From Candidatus Multivoradales bacterium (lineage in GTDB: Bacteria; Acidobacteriota; Thermoanaerobaculia; Multivoradales; Multivoraceae): 64,000 nucleotides of DNA. Each line of letters begins with the position of its first letter. Within the stretch, counting starts at the first letter, position 1. The notes beneath the pieces are model-generated. The model searched no databases, was not told where the DNA came from, and saw nothing but the letters and a program-made list of their open reading frames with translations. Where the stretch lies: the NCBI GenBank assembly GCA_965223325.1, contig CBDCWI010000002.1, positions 3,360,001-3,424,000 of the forward strand, written 5' to 3'. Of this stretch, positions 18,721 to 29,246 are shown piece by piece. The position numbers were made by a program, and so were the translations under genes.

Positions 18721-20079
18721 TCATCCCCGCAGGTTCGAACCTGTCGCAAGAGCTGGCGCGGCATAGAGCGGAAGCGAGAACAAACGGTAGTCCAGCGAGC
18801 CGTCGGGCATCTTCACCGAGAGGTCTTCGACACCGACCGCGCCCTGGTGCAATCGAACACCTCTGCGAGAGCCCGATCGCCAGAGGAACTGATGCAGAGA
18901 CTTGAGTGAGCCAGCCGCCGACGCCTTGACTTCGATCGGCAAAGCCTCATCGCCCTGAGCGATCACGAAGTCGACCTCGGCATTGGACCGCGACGACTCG
19001 GACACCCAGAAGTAGAGATCTTGGGCGTCATCGAGATTCGTAAGCAGTTCCTGAGCAACGAACATCTCGGCGACCCGACCGCCGAGCGCTGTATCGATCG
19101 CCGACTCCCGAAGCCGACGGACATCGAAGCCCATCGAGGTAAGAGCCAGCCCGACATCGAGGGGGATGAGCTTCCGCGCTGATCGAAGACGCGCCTGGAA
19201 AGGAACCGTGAGAGAGCTAGTCGGCAACGCCTCGGTCACGAGATGTGCGCCCGACATCTTCTCGAGCGCAGCCTGCATGGGGCGCGACTTGTAGCCAGGA
19301 GCAAAGCTCGCGTATTTGTAGCGGCGCCCATAGTGCTGCGGAAGACTCTCAAAAGCCGCCCTGAGGGCTTCTTGATCGCGGACGTCCCTGTACTTCTGTA
19401 GGTCCTCCGAAAGCGCCTGAAGAAGATCCACGTGAACCTGTCGTGCAACGCTCGGTTCGCCGGTTCTCACCCACTGAGAGGCCGCCTCGGGCATTCCACC
19501 GACCTGAAGGTATTCGCGCAGCAGGTCTAAGGCCTGGTCATCGAGGGCCTTTGGGACCGACGCATCCGCCAGGGCCGTCTCGAGGGTTGTTGCCAGGACC
19601 TCTCTGCCCGAGGCACGCAACAACTCGAAGAACCCGAGAGGGCGGAGCGTCCGGAAGGTGACCCGCCCCACAGGGAAGGAGAAGCCTCGCTCTTCGAGCC
19701 GAACTTCGAGCAACGAACCTGCTGCCACCACGGCGAGATCCGGGTGGTCTTCGTAGAAGAACCGAAGCCAGCGGATGGCCTCAACGCTTTCTTGAATCTC
19801 GTCAATGAAGAGCAGGGTTCTGGGAGGAAACGCAGCAACGTTGTGACGCGCACGAAGCGCGGTGAGTAGATCCTCCGGAGATCGGCTTCCGCGGAGAAGC
19901 GCTGCATCGGCATAGCGCTCCAGATTGAGCTCGACGAAGACCTCGAAGTCGGAGCCAAGGTGCCGAATCGCTTCCGTTTTGCCCGTTTGGCGTGCGCCCC
20001 GGAGAATGAGCGGCTTGCGTCCGCTCGACTGCGCCCACTCCCGAAGCACGGGATCGATCGCACGTGAGAGGTAATCCAT
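18721..20079 (-). CDS. AAA_14 ATPase with C-terminal DUF4143 (PD-(D/E)xK-like) domain
   Basis: KPLILRGARQTGKT, LFIDEIQ, AAGSLL, FPVGRV, VGGMPE, AEVDF...PIEVK. Confidence 0.92.
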   Translation of the reverse strand: MDYLSRAIDPVLREWAQSSGRKPLILRGARQTGKTEAIRHLGSDFEVFVELNLERYADAALLRGSRSPEDLLTALRARHNVAAFPPRTLLFIDEIQESVEAIRWLRFFYEDHPDLAVVAAGSLLEVRLEERGFSFPVGRVTFRTLRPLGFFELLRASGREVLATTLETALADASVPKALDDQALDLLREYLQVGGMPEAASQWVRTGEPSVARQVHVDLLQALSEDLQKYRDVRDQEALRAAFESLPQHYGRRYKYASFAPGYKSRPMQAALEKMSGAHLVTEALPTSSLTVPFQARLRSARKLIPLDVGLALTSMGFDVRRLRESAIDTALGGRVAEMFVAQELLTNLDDAQDLYFWVSESSRSNAEVDFVIAQGDEALPIEVKASAAGSLKSLHQFLWRSGSRRGVRLHQGAVGVEDLSVKMPDGSLDYRLFSLPLYAAPALATGSNLRG

Positions 20080-20095
20080 GCCTCGACCCTAACAC

Positions 20096-20147
20096 AAACA
20101 ACCCTGTGTTTATGCGCTATGCAGCAAAAACACCCGGGTGTTTATGC
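20096..20147. promoter_or_regulatory. tandem palindromic operator-like sites upstream of the DUF4143 ATPase
   Basis: Perfect palindrome AAACACCCGGGTGTTT (20128-20143) and a 13/16 copy AAACAACCCTGTGTTT (20096-20111); both are followed by ATGC. Confidence 0.6.
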
Positions 20148-20338
20148 ACAGCAGCTAGGCTGATGGCCATGCTTTGCAGGACTCTGATCCGGCCCCAGCG
20201 GATCGTCCTGTTACTCGCCACGACGGTTATCGGGTGCCAACCGAGCGAGCACCCGAAAACATCTGCCCATTCCGAAGAGGACCCTTCGCTGCAACTGGAG
20301 CGATCCATCGGCCTGCTACGCGGGTGTACATTGCCTCT

Positions 20339-21535
20339 ATGAGAAGGGTTGCCATCGTGTCCCCGCTGCGCACCGCCGTCGGCCGCTTCCTCGGTGCCTT
20401 GAGCGCCATTCCTGCCGCAGATCTCGCCGCCGAGGTCATCAAAGCAGTAATCAAGAAGTCCGGCATCGACCCCCAGAAGATCGACGACGTCATCCTCGGG
20501 CACGGCTACGCCAACGGCGAGGAACCGGCCATCGGGCGCCTTTCTGCCCTCAAAGCCGGGTTGCCGATCGAGGTACCGGGCTACGAGCTCGACCGCCGCT
20601 GTGCATCCGGTCTGCAGTCGATTCTCAATGCCTCGATGATGGTGCAAACCGGAAACGCCGACGTCGTGCTCGCCGGCGGGGTCGAAAGCATGAGCCGGGT
20701 GGAGTTCTACACCACCGATATGCGCGGTGGCAGCCGCTTCGGCTCCGTCACCATGCATGATCGCCTCACCAGAGCCCGCGCGACGGTGCAACCCGAAGAA
20801 CGGTTTGGCCACATCTCCGGCATGGTCGAAACCGCAGAGAACCTCGCCGAGCAGTACGGCCTCTCGCGCGAGGCAGCGGACGCCTATGCGCTCGACAGCC
20901 ACCAGCGTGCCGTCGCCGCCACCGCAAGCGGTCGCTTCAAGGACGAGATCGTTCCCATCCAGGTGCCGCAGCAGAAGGGCGACCCCATCGAATTCGACAC
21001 CGACGAGGGCCCTCGCGCAGATACCTCGCTCGAGAAGCTCGCGCGCCTTCGGCCGGTCTCCGAAGGCGGCACTGTTACTGCCGGCAACGCCAGTTCACAA
21101 AACGACGCCGCCGCCATGTGCCTGGTGGTCGGAGAGGACAAGCTCGCTGAGCTCGGCCTGGAACCGATGGCCTTTCTCAAAGGCTGGGCGGTTGCGGGGG
21201 TGCACCCAGCGACGATGGGCATCGGCCCGGTCCCCGCCGTCTCGAAACTACTCGAGCGAACCGGCGTCAAGTTCGACGATCTCGACCTGATCGAGGTCAA
21301 CGAAGCGTTTGCGGTTCAGGTGCTGGCGGTGATGAAGGAATGGAGGCTCTCCGACACCGAGCGCCTCAACGTCAACGGCTCGGGCATCTCACTCGGTCAC
21401 CCCATCGCGGCCACCGGAACCCGCATCCTGACGACGCTCTTGTATGAGATGAAACGCCGTGACGCACGCTATGGCCTCGAAACCATGTGCGTCGGCGGCG
21501 GCCAGGGCGTCGCGGCGCTATTCGAGAACGCGTGA
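20339..21535 (+). CDS. acetyl-CoA C-acyltransferase (thiolase)
   Basis: DRRCASGL, GGVESMS, NEAFA, GHPIAATG, CVGGGQG. Start MRRVAIVSPLRT. Confidence 0.95.
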   Translation: MRRVAIVSPLRTAVGRFLGALSAIPAADLAAEVIKAVIKKSGIDPQKIDDVILGHGYANGEEPAIGRLSALKAGLPIEVPGYELDRRCASGLQSILNASMMVQTGNADVVLAGGVESMSRVEFYTTDMRGGSRFGSVTMHDRLTRARATVQPEERFGHISGMVETAENLAEQYGLSREAADAYALDSHQRAVAATASGRFKDEIVPIQVPQQKGDPIEFDTDEGPRADTSLEKLARLRPVSEGGTVTAGNASSQNDAAAMCLVVGEDKLAELGLEPMAFLKGWAVAGVHPATMGIGPVPAVSKLLERTGVKFDDLDLIEVNEAFAVQVLAVMKEWRLSDTERLNVNGSGISLGHPIAATGTRILTTLLYEMKRRDARYGLETMCVGGGQGVAALFENA

Positions 21536-21542
21536 GACTGCA

Positions 21543-21962
21543 ATGAGGTTGGTCCTGGCGTCGATTCTCTCCTGGCTGGTGATGGCTGCTCTCGCCATGG
21601 CGCTGTTCGGCTGGCTCCTGGCCGACGCGTTCGATCCACTGCGGGCACTCTTCCGACCGCTCGAGGAGCAGGCTGAGACCGCCGGCTACGCGCAGAGCGC
21701 TCAGTTCCTGCGGGTCTTCTTCTTTGTCGCCATCATTCGGCTGTGGCACGGACCCCGCGCCATCTCGGTCGGTCAGGGTGCACTCTACGGGCTCCTCATG
21801 GGCCTCTTCGCTGGCACTTTCCATGTCGCCAACTCTGCCTCGCTGCCGCTACCCGCCTCGACCGCCGTGGCCTGGGTCGCCTTCGACATCGTGCTTCTGG
21901 TGGCCGGTGGCATCGTCTTTGCGCTTTCCTACCGGCCGCAGACAAAGGCCGTGACTCAGTAG
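21543..21962 (+). CDS. small multi-TM membrane protein
   Basis: Four hydrophobic segments; starts 7 bp after the thiolase stop. Confidence 0.65.
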   Translation: MRLVLASILSWLVMAALAMALFGWLLADAFDPLRALFRPLEEQAETAGYAQSAQFLRVFFFVAIIRLWHGPRAISVGQGALYGLLMGLFAGTFHVANSASLPLPASTAVAWVAFDIVLLVAGGIVFALSYRPQTKAVTQ

Positions 21963-23125
21963 GACTTCGGCATCCCGAGGACCTTCTCGGCGATGTTGCA
22001 GAGGATGAGCTGTGGGCTCACCGGAGCGAGCCTGGCAATCATCACCTCGCGCAGGAGCCGCTCGACGTGGTACTCCTTGGCGTAGCCCATGCCGCCATGG
22101 GTACCCACCGCACGCACGCAGGCGTTCCAGCCCGCCTCGGCACCGAGATACTTCGCCGCGTTGGCCCACGGGCCGCACGGCTCCCCGCGGTCGTAGAGAT
22201 CGGCCGCCTTCATCGCCATCAAGGATGCTGCTTCGAGCTCCATCCAGCTTTCGGCGAGCGGGTGCTGAATCGCCTGATTCTGGCCAATCGGCCGCCCAAA
22301 GACCGAGCGTTCGCGGGCATAGGCCGCCGCCCGCTCGAGCGCGTTGCGACCCAGACCCACCGCCTCCATGGCAATCAGAATGCGCTCGGGATTCAAGGAG
22401 TGCAGGATGTACTCGAACCCACGACCCTCATCGCCAATGCGGTCGGCTTCGGGTACTGGCAGGCCTTCGATGAACACCTCGTTGGAGTCGACGCCGGCCC
22501 TCCCCATCTTGGGGATGCGGCGAACATCGCAGTAGTTGCGATCGAGGTCGGTATAGAAGAGAGAAAGGCCGTGGGTTTTCTTTGTGACCTCATCGAACGG
22601 GGTCGTGCGCACGAGCAGCATGATCTTGTCGGCTTCCTGCGCAGTCGTCGTCCAGATCTTCTTCCCCCAAACGCGATAGCTGCCGTCGGCCTGGCGCTCG
22701 GCGCGGGTCTGGATGCGGGTCGTCTCGAGCCCGGCGTCGGGTTCGGTAACCCCGAAGCAGGTCTTCTCTCGACCTTCGATCAGCGGGGGGAGAAAACGTT
22801 GGCGCTGCTCCTCGGTGCCGAAGACGGCGATCGGATGCGGGCCAAAGATGTTGATGTGGATCGCAGAGGCCGCAGTCTGCCCACCGCCCGCAGCCGCGAC
22901 CTCGTGCATGACCAGCGCAGCTTCGGTCACTCCCAATCCCGTGCCACCGTACTTCTCCGGCATGGCAATCCCGAGCACGCCGTTCTCGGCCATCGCGCGA
23001 TAGAACTCTTCGGGGAAACGCGCGTTCTGATCAACGTCGTACCAGTAGTCGTCGTCGAAGGCACGGCAGGCACTTCGCGTGTTGTCACACAGAGCCTGCT
23101 GCTCGGCTGTGATGCGAGTATCCAA
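21956..23125 (-). CDS. acyl-CoA dehydrogenase
   Basis: FGVTEPDAG, GKKIWTT, NPERI, YARERSVFGRPIGQNQAIQHPLA, THGGMGYAKEY. Confidence 0.95.
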   Translation of the reverse strand: MDTRITAEQQALCDNTRSACRAFDDDYWYDVDQNARFPEEFYRAMAENGVLGIAMPEKYGGTGLGVTEAALVMHEVAAAGGGQTAASAIHINIFGPHPIAVFGTEEQRQRFLPPLIEGREKTCFGVTEPDAGLETTRIQTRAERQADGSYRVWGKKIWTTTAQEADKIMLLVRTTPFDEVTKKTHGLSLFYTDLDRNYCDVRRIPKMGRAGVDSNEVFIEGLPVPEADRIGDEGRGFEYILHSLNPERILIAMEAVGLGRNALERAAAYARERSVFGRPIGQNQAIQHPLAESWMELEAASLMAMKAADLYDRGEPCGPWANAAKYLGAEAGWNACVRAVGTHGGMGYAKEYHVERLLREVMIARLAPVSPQLILCNIAEKVLGMPKSY

Positions 23126-23190
23126 TGTGCTCCTCAGTCGTCGCGAAGCATCATATGGCCACCGCGGAAGGACCCGGCACTCACCCCACT

Positions 23191-23781
23191 TCAGTTGACC
23201 AGGTAGGCATACATGTCGATCTCAGCGCTGTGGTCGGTCGAGTTCCATGCGTAGACGCGGTAGCGCGGGAAGCCGAGGGCCGCCTCGACCTGCGGTGCAA
23301 TAAAGTGTACCGACGCCGATTCGGCGATCTGCGCCCTCGCCTCGATCACGAAGAAGCGGAGGCCTTCTTCGAGAAAGGCTCTCACCAGGTCGTCCTCGTC
23401 AGGGATCAGCAGGAGGCCTACGGTGCCCGGATTGACCGTCTGGTCGCCGAGCCGACCGTGAACACTGAGCACGACGCGGGTGAAGCCGCCCGAGTCGAGG
23501 TTGCCGAGATAGACGTGATCCCCTGGGCTTGCCTCCCGACCAGGGGACACGACCGTTCGCTCTCTCTTGACGAGCGCACTGTGAGGAGCGGGCGCCGTGA
23601 TTTCTACGCCGCCCTCGACGGCTTGCACCGACGGAAGGTTGACCACCTCGACGCGTTCGATCTCCTGGGCCTGGAGGCTCCAGGAAGGGCACACGAGCAG
23701 CCCGAGCAGCAACAGCCACCTTGCGACCGACACTGCCCCAGTTTTGCGCACCTTTTGCGATTTCGACTGACCTTGACTCAT
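23191..23781 (-). CDS. secreted hypothetical protein
   Basis: GGAGG RBS before MSQGQSK; signal peptide ending SLQA. Confidence 0.7.
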   Translation of the reverse strand: MSQGQSKSQKVRKTGAVSVARWLLLLGLLVCPSWSLQAQEIERVEVVNLPSVQAVEGGVEITAPAPHSALVKRERTVVSPGREASPGDHVYLGNLDSGGFTRVVLSVHGRLGDQTVNPGTVGLLLIPDEDDLVRAFLEEGLRFFVIEARAQIAESASVHFIAPQVEAALGFPRYRVYAWNSTDHSAEIDMYAYLVN

Positions 23782-23857
23782 TTCGTAGACCTCCAGGTGG
23801 TCTACGTGGGCCGACCCACAAGCGCGGGGACCGACCTTTCTTCCTCGCCCTCCGCAC

Positions 23858-26572
23858 TCACTCGCTGCGCAGGACGGTGGCCGGGTCAATGCGAAGCGCC
23901 CGCCGCGCCGGAACAAGCGCTGCGAGGACGGCGATGACGAGCAGAATGCCGCCGTACTGAACGAACGTCAGGGCGTTGAGCTCGACGGTTCCGAACAGCA
24001 CCCGCGACATGACCTTTCCGACGGCGAACGCGAGGACCAACCCGAGGGCCAGACCCGCCAGGGTGACCCCGAGCGCGCGCCCCAGGGTAGCCAACAGCAC
24101 CGAACGCCTATCGGCACCGAGAGCAATTCGCACGCCGATCTCCCTGTTCCGTTGGCTGACCGTGTAGGACATGAGGCCGAAGAGCCCAATCGCCGCCAAG
24201 AGGAGCGCGACGCCACCGAACATGCCCATCAGGGTCGAGGCGTAGCGGAGGCCGATCAGTCGATCCCAGATGCGCTGCTGCTGTGTGAAGACGTCGAAGA
24301 TCGGTTGCTCGGGGTCGAGGCGTGCCAGCTCCTCGCGCACCAGCGGCGTGATCGCCACCGGGTCTCCAGCGGTTCTCACGGCGACGGCAAAGTCGCCCTG
24401 GGGTTGCTGTCGCAGGGGGCGATAGAAGGCCGCATCGCCGGTCGTCGGGAACCAGTCGTGCTCCATCTCGTCCACAACTCCCACAACCTCGATCCAGGGC
24501 AAAGACGCCTCCTCGCCGCCCTCTGCACGGGGCGGCCGGGCGCGCCGGAGCCGCTTGCCAAGCGCAGACCCCTCACCAAAGTGGCGAGTGGCGGTGTTCT
24601 TGCTGATGATGGCGACCGGCACGGAGTCTTCGCGGTCGGCAGTGGTGAACATGCGACCGTCGAGAAGCGGAACGCCCATGGTCTCGAAGAAGCCCTGGGT
24701 CACAACTCGGTACTGGAGGAGAGGTACCTCCGAAATCGGCCGCGCCTCATCGCCTTCGATCAACACGCGTCGCGTGCTTTCGTTACCAGCCGACGGCAGG
24801 ACGTTGGCGATGTCGGCCGAGCGCACCCCTGGCAGGCTCGTGAGCGAAGCAACCAGGTTCTCGGCGAATCGGATGCGCTCCTCCTCACCCGGGTAGCGGT
24901 CTTCTCGCAGGCTGACACTGAAGGTCAAAAGGCCGTCCGGGTCGTAGCCACGATCTTCTGCCAGCATGCGCGCGGTACCACGTATCGAAAGTCCCGCCGC
25001 CACCAGGAGCGTTAGTGCGACCGCGACCTCGAGCATCACCAGCATGCTCCGGCTGCGTTGACGGGCGACGCCATCTGTCCCGCGACTGCCGGAGCCCGCC
25101 AGCCGACCAACCGCCTCTCTGCGCGTCGCGCGCCAGGCAGGCAACAGCCCGAAGGCGAGGGTCGATACCACCGCCGCGACAGAGGTCGCGACCAGCACCC
25201 GTTCGTCAACGTTGATCTGCTCCCAACCAATCACAAACCGCCTGATGTGTGCCGGCATCGCATCACGAAGAACTTCGAGCAGCACCGCCGCCAGGCCCAG
25301 ACCGAGTGCCGCCCCGGCGGCAGCCACCAGGGCGCTCTCGACCAGCAGCTGGCTGGCGATGCGCCGTCGACTGGCACCGAGTGCAGTCCGCAGGGCCAGC
25401 TCACGCTGCCGATCGTGACCACGCGCAACCGTCAACGCCCCGACGTTGATGCACGCCAGCAGCAGAACCAAAAGCACCGCGCTCTGCCAGAGAGTCAAAA
25501 ACGGTCTCGCGCCGATATCGGCGACGCCCTCGGCAAGGGAGACGGCGCGCGCCCCGCGACCCTCGTTGGTGTCCGGATACTCACGCTCGAGGCGGGCGCC
25601 AATGGCGGCCAACTCCTGATTGGCCTCGTCGACCGTGGCCCCCTCAGCGAGCAGACCAAAGCCGTTCAGGTAGTGCCGCGAGCGGTCGGAAGCAGCCTCT
25701 GCATCAAAGAAGAGCGGTGCCCAGACCTCCGAACCATAGGGAAAGCTGAACTCCGGCGGCGCAATGCCAACCACGACGTAGTCGCGGCCGTTGAGCCGCA
25801 AAGCCTTTCCGACCAGCTCGGCATCACCAGAGAAGCGCCGCTGCCAGAGAGCGTGACTGACGACCACTGTCTGTGCCTCCGCAGAAGCGGCATCAGCACC
25901 GAGGGTGCGACCGTGAGCAGTCTTTACCCCGAGGGTCTCGAAGAAGGTGGGCGTGACCTGAGTTCCCTGCAGCCGCTCAGGAGTCCCGTCGCCGCTGAGG
26001 TTCGCGTCCCACCACAGGTAGGCGTCGAGAGACTCGAGAGCCGAGGCCTTCGCCAGATCGAGGAAGTTCGCCGGCGCGATCGAGGCGCGTAGTGTGCCGC
26101 TCGCCGGAACGGTTTCGAACGGCACGATGAGGCGTTCGGCATTCGGCACCGGGAAGGGGCGCAAGACCAGTGCGTCGACCAACGAAAAGACCGCAGCGTT
26201 GGCACCGATCGCCACCGCGATGGTCGGCACGACGACCGCCGTGAAGGTTGGCACCCTGCGAAGTGAGCGGAGGGCAAAGCGAAGATCACCCAAAAGGTTG
26301 GACACGATGGAATCTCCTTGTGGTGCAGGCGGCCTCTGGTGAGCCAGCGGGTCAAACAAGCGATGGAGCAAGAGTCGCGGCATGAGAGCGAGCGCCGCCA
26401 AGGAGTAGTGAAGAGCGCCAAACCCCGCTCGCCGGGCAGAGCGACGACTGAACTCTTCGGCCAGGTCACCGAGAATCGCCTCGCGTCGCGGGCCTGGCGG
26501 TAGGCAGCGCGCTAGAACCCACTCGGGCACCAGCGGGGGCCGGGGCACTCGACCGCGACGTTCGGATCTCAC
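23858..26572 (-). CDS. ADOP-type duplicated MacB/FtsX ABC permease
   Basis: EAILGDLAEEF prefix, DLRFALRSL, two FtsX halves, C-terminal PARRALRIDPATVLRSE. Confidence 0.92.
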   Translation of the reverse strand: MRSERRGRVPRPPLVPEWVLARCLPPGPRREAILGDLAEEFSRRSARRAGFGALHYSLAALALMPRLLLHRLFDPLAHQRPPAPQGDSIVSNLLGDLRFALRSLRRVPTFTAVVVPTIAVAIGANAAVFSLVDALVLRPFPVPNAERLIVPFETVPASGTLRASIAPANFLDLAKASALESLDAYLWWDANLSGDGTPERLQGTQVTPTFFETLGVKTAHGRTLGADAASAEAQTVVVSHALWQRRFSGDAELVGKALRLNGRDYVVVGIAPPEFSFPYGSEVWAPLFFDAEAASDRSRHYLNGFGLLAEGATVDEANQELAAIGARLEREYPDTNEGRGARAVSLAEGVADIGARPFLTLWQSAVLLVLLLACINVGALTVARGHDRQRELALRTALGASRRRIASQLLVESALVAAAGAALGLGLAAVLLEVLRDAMPAHIRRFVIGWEQINVDERVLVATSVAAVVSTLAFGLLPAWRATRREAVGRLAGSGSRGTDGVARQRSRSMLVMLEVAVALTLLVAAGLSIRGTARMLAEDRGYDPDGLLTFSVSLREDRYPGEEERIRFAENLVASLTSLPGVRSADIANVLPSAGNESTRRVLIEGDEARPISEVPLLQYRVVTQGFFETMGVPLLDGRMFTTADREDSVPVAIISKNTATRHFGEGSALGKRLRRARPPRAEGGEEASLPWIEVVGVVDEMEHDWFPTTGDAAFYRPLRQQPQGDFAVAVRTAGDPVAITPLVREELARLDPEQPIFDVFTQQQRIWDRLIGLRYASTLMGMFGGVALLLAAIGLFGLMSYTVSQRNREIGVRIALGADRRSVLLATLGRALGVTLAGLALGLVLAFAVGKVMSRVLFGTVELNALTFVQYGGILLVIAVLAALVPARRALRIDPATVLRSE

Positions 26573-26916
26573 CCTGCGTCTCCCACCGCACCCTCACCGA
26601 GCACCCCTTCGAGACCCCCCCAGAGGCTCTCGAGCAGTTCGCGCGACGTTCGCAGCGCCGCGATCCCCGGGACCGTCACCTCGTAGTAGCGGCGGGCTCG
26701 ACCGCCGCGCTCGCTTATCGGCTCTCCCATGCGCGAGCGCACGAAGTGCCTCGCCTCGAGGCGATCGAGGGCGGTGTAGACCGCGCCACGCGAAACTGGT
26801 CGGCCGAGGTGCTCCTCGAGAAGCCCGCGCACCGGAACGGCGTAGGCGAGGGATCCCTGTTGGAGGATGGCAAGAAGGACGGCCTGTTCGAAGCCGCCCA
26901 ACAATCGCTTGTTCAT
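26569..26916 (-). CDS. PadR family transcriptional regulator
   Basis: LGGFEQAVLLA, GAVYTALDRLE, ERGGRARRYY; overlaps the permease start. Confidence 0.9.
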   Translation of the reverse strand: MNKRLLGGFEQAVLLAILQQGSLAYAVPVRGLLEEHLGRPVSRGAVYTALDRLEARHFVRSRMGEPISERGGRARRYYEVTVPGIAALRTSRELLESLWGGLEGVLGEGAVGDAG

Positions 26917-27016
26917 CTGCTTTCTCCTAGAGATAGTACGCAGTGTAGGCAAAATAGTTTCAGCGACTCCTAGCCACCGGCCGACGGTTCCTCTGGCGAG
27001 CCGTCAGCAGCGAGGA

Positions 27017-28648
27017 TCAGGTGTCGAGCCGGTCCAGGGCAGCACGCATCGCGGCGTAGCCCGGCATGCCGGCGAAGTCACCCCAGGCCTCGGCCACCGC
27101 CGCATAGGCTGCGAGAGCCTCGGCAGGATGGCCCGCCGCTTCATGTGCGCGCGCCAGGCCAAGGAGCGACTTGGGCCGGTTGCGATACAGACCAAGCGCG
27201 TCCTCGAACCAGCTGATCGCTTCTTCGGGGCGTTCGGCCTCGAGCAGGATCTCGCCGTAGAGCTCGTGGATGGGCTTGACGGGGGTCGCCGATCCGCGCG
27301 GTGGCCCCATCGACTCTGCCACCGCGACGCCCTGTTCGAGCTCGTCGAGAGCCGCGTCTAGTTTGCCTTCGGCGACCAGGATGCGTGCCTTGACCTCGCT
27401 GTAGGAGACCCGTGCTGGGCCGGTGCCACGCTGGAACGTCGAGCGATCTTTGACCTCACGACTGCCGAGGGTCTCGAGTCGGGCCGCGGCGCTCTCGGCC
27501 AGTTGCAAGTCGCCAAGGGCGACCGCCGACAGGCCGGTGGCGAGCGCTACCGAGGCGCTGGTTTCGTCGGTGATCTCGCGCGTTGCCCAGTTCTCGGTTT
27601 CGATGACCTCACGCGCCCACATCAGGCCTTCGGTCGACACCGCACGGTCGGCGTCGTCGCTCATCTCGATGACTTCGTCGAGAATCGCGCGCCGCTTCGA
27701 CGCCTTCTCGAGGTCGCCACGCTGCAGATCCCCATAGTGACCCCAGTCGATGGCGTGCACCATGTCAGCAACCATGTCGCCGGGCTCCCAGAGATCGACC
27801 GCCGCCTGGTACGCCGAATCGTTCGAGAGGGAAACCCGATCCCACATGCCGCGCTGGATGAAGATGTGCGACGGCATGTGGCGGGCATGCGAGACCGCGG
27901 CCGCGATCTCGGCAAACTTGTAGGCAGCCGGTAGCGCAAGAGGCGCGTGTACCGGGTCGTCGAAGGCGTGGATGATGTAGTGCGCGGCACCCGGGTGATC
28001 AGGATTGCGCGCGAAGACACCCTGGACGATGGCCCCCGCCTCCATCGCCATGCGGAAGTTGTCGTCTCCCATCGGTCCGGCAGCGCCGAGCAACGACAGG
28101 GCGTAGAAGGCCGCAATCTCGTCGTCTTCAGGGAACGTTTCGTGCGCCGCTCGCATCGCTTCCATGTAGCCGATCCGCCGCGCCGCCGTTTCACCGTCGC
28201 CAAATAGAACCTCGACGGCACCGAGAAGAACCTTCTCGCGTTCCGTCGGCGCCTTGGCGGCACGCTCCTCGGCGGTCGCACCGAGACGCGCCAGCACCTC
28301 ACGCGGTGATTCGAGATCGCGCTCAGGGAGGAGCGGGTGGTTGTAACAGAGTGCCTCGCCCCAGTAGGCGAGCGCGAACTCGGGGTCGATCTCCTGTGCC
28401 TCTTTGAACTCGGCAATCGCCTGCTTCCAGCCGAACGAGTGCAGGATCGCGACACCACGAAGGAAGTGCTCCTGCGCCTCGGCCGAGGCCGAAGTAGGGA
28501 AGTCGAGAAAGCCTACGTCGACAGTCCAGCCGTCGTCTCCGGCCGGACCCGGCGCGCCGGTGGTCTGGTTGCTCTTGCAGCCGGCGGCCGCGAAGAGGAG
28601 CACGACGAGGGCGAGCAGCTGGAGAGCAGTAGTGAGTGATGGACGCAT
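27017..28648 (-). CDS. TPR-repeat lipoprotein
   Basis: Lipobox AAGC; AQEHFLRGVAILHSF, PDHPGAAHYIIHAFD, HARHMPSHIF. Confidence 0.82.
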   Translation of the reverse strand: MRPSLTTALQLLALVVLLFAAAGCKSNQTTGAPGPAGDDGWTVDVGFLDFPTSASAEAQEHFLRGVAILHSFGWKQAIAEFKEAQEIDPEFALAYWGEALCYNHPLLPERDLESPREVLARLGATAEERAAKAPTEREKVLLGAVEVLFGDGETAARRIGYMEAMRAAHETFPEDDEIAAFYALSLLGAAGPMGDDNFRMAMEAGAIVQGVFARNPDHPGAAHYIIHAFDDPVHAPLALPAAYKFAEIAAAVSHARHMPSHIFIQRGMWDRVSLSNDSAYQAAVDLWEPGDMVADMVHAIDWGHYGDLQRGDLEKASKRRAILDEVIEMSDDADRAVSTEGLMWAREVIETENWATREITDETSASVALATGLSAVALGDLQLAESAAARLETLGSREVKDRSTFQRGTGPARVSYSEVKARILVAEGKLDAALDELEQGVAVAESMGPPRGSATPVKPIHELYGEILLEAERPEEAISWFEDALGLYRNRPKSLLGLARAHEAAGHPAEALAAYAAVAEAWGDFAGMPGYAAMRAALDRLDT

Positions 28649-28773
28649 CTCAGACTCCTTGGTGTTCTGGGTGAGAACCGACAAAATACCGGATCACGGG
28701 TCGTTCCCTCGAGCGTGGCTGCCCGGAACCGTTCCGAAGACCGACACCCATCTCTGACTTCAACAGGACCACG

Positions 28774-29223
28774 ATGGAAAAGATCATCAAATGGGCAATC
28801 CTCGCCGCCATCCTCTACGCCGGCTTTGTCTACGGCAGGCCCTACATCCAGGACCTGATCGACGGAGCCTCGGTGAGCGGGGGCGGGGCCTCGGGCGAAA
28901 GCAGCGACGCCGGTGCCTGCATCCGCCAGATCGAACGCGCCCGGGACTCATTCGCCAAAGCAATGGCAAAGGCCTCACCTCCGGTCGCCATCGAGAGCTG
29001 GAACAGCTCGTTTGCGATGTCCAGTGGACGCCTCAACCAGGCACGCGACCGGTGTGGCTGTACGGGTGATGCCTGCGATGCGGCGCGCGACGCGATCGAC
29101 GCTCTCGACGACCTGATGAGCGAGTGGGATGGCGCGATCCAGAGCGATGGCACCCCGCCGCTCAACGGCGCGCGCGATATCGAACGTATCGACGACCTGC
29201 TGGAAAAGGCCCGGCGCGGTTGA
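28774..29223 (+). CDS. membrane-anchored hypothetical protein with 4 Cys
   Basis: AGGA RBS, N-terminal TM, helical domain with C..CGC...C. Confidence 0.7.
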   Translation: MEKIIKWAILAAILYAGFVYGRPYIQDLIDGASVSGGGASGESSDAGACIRQIERARDSFAKAMAKASPPVAIESWNSSFAMSSGRLNQARDRCGCTGDACDAARDAIDALDDLMSEWDGAIQSDGTPPLNGARDIERIDDLLEKARRG

Positions 29224-29246
29224 CGGAGCACTTCGAGCGCCGACCG

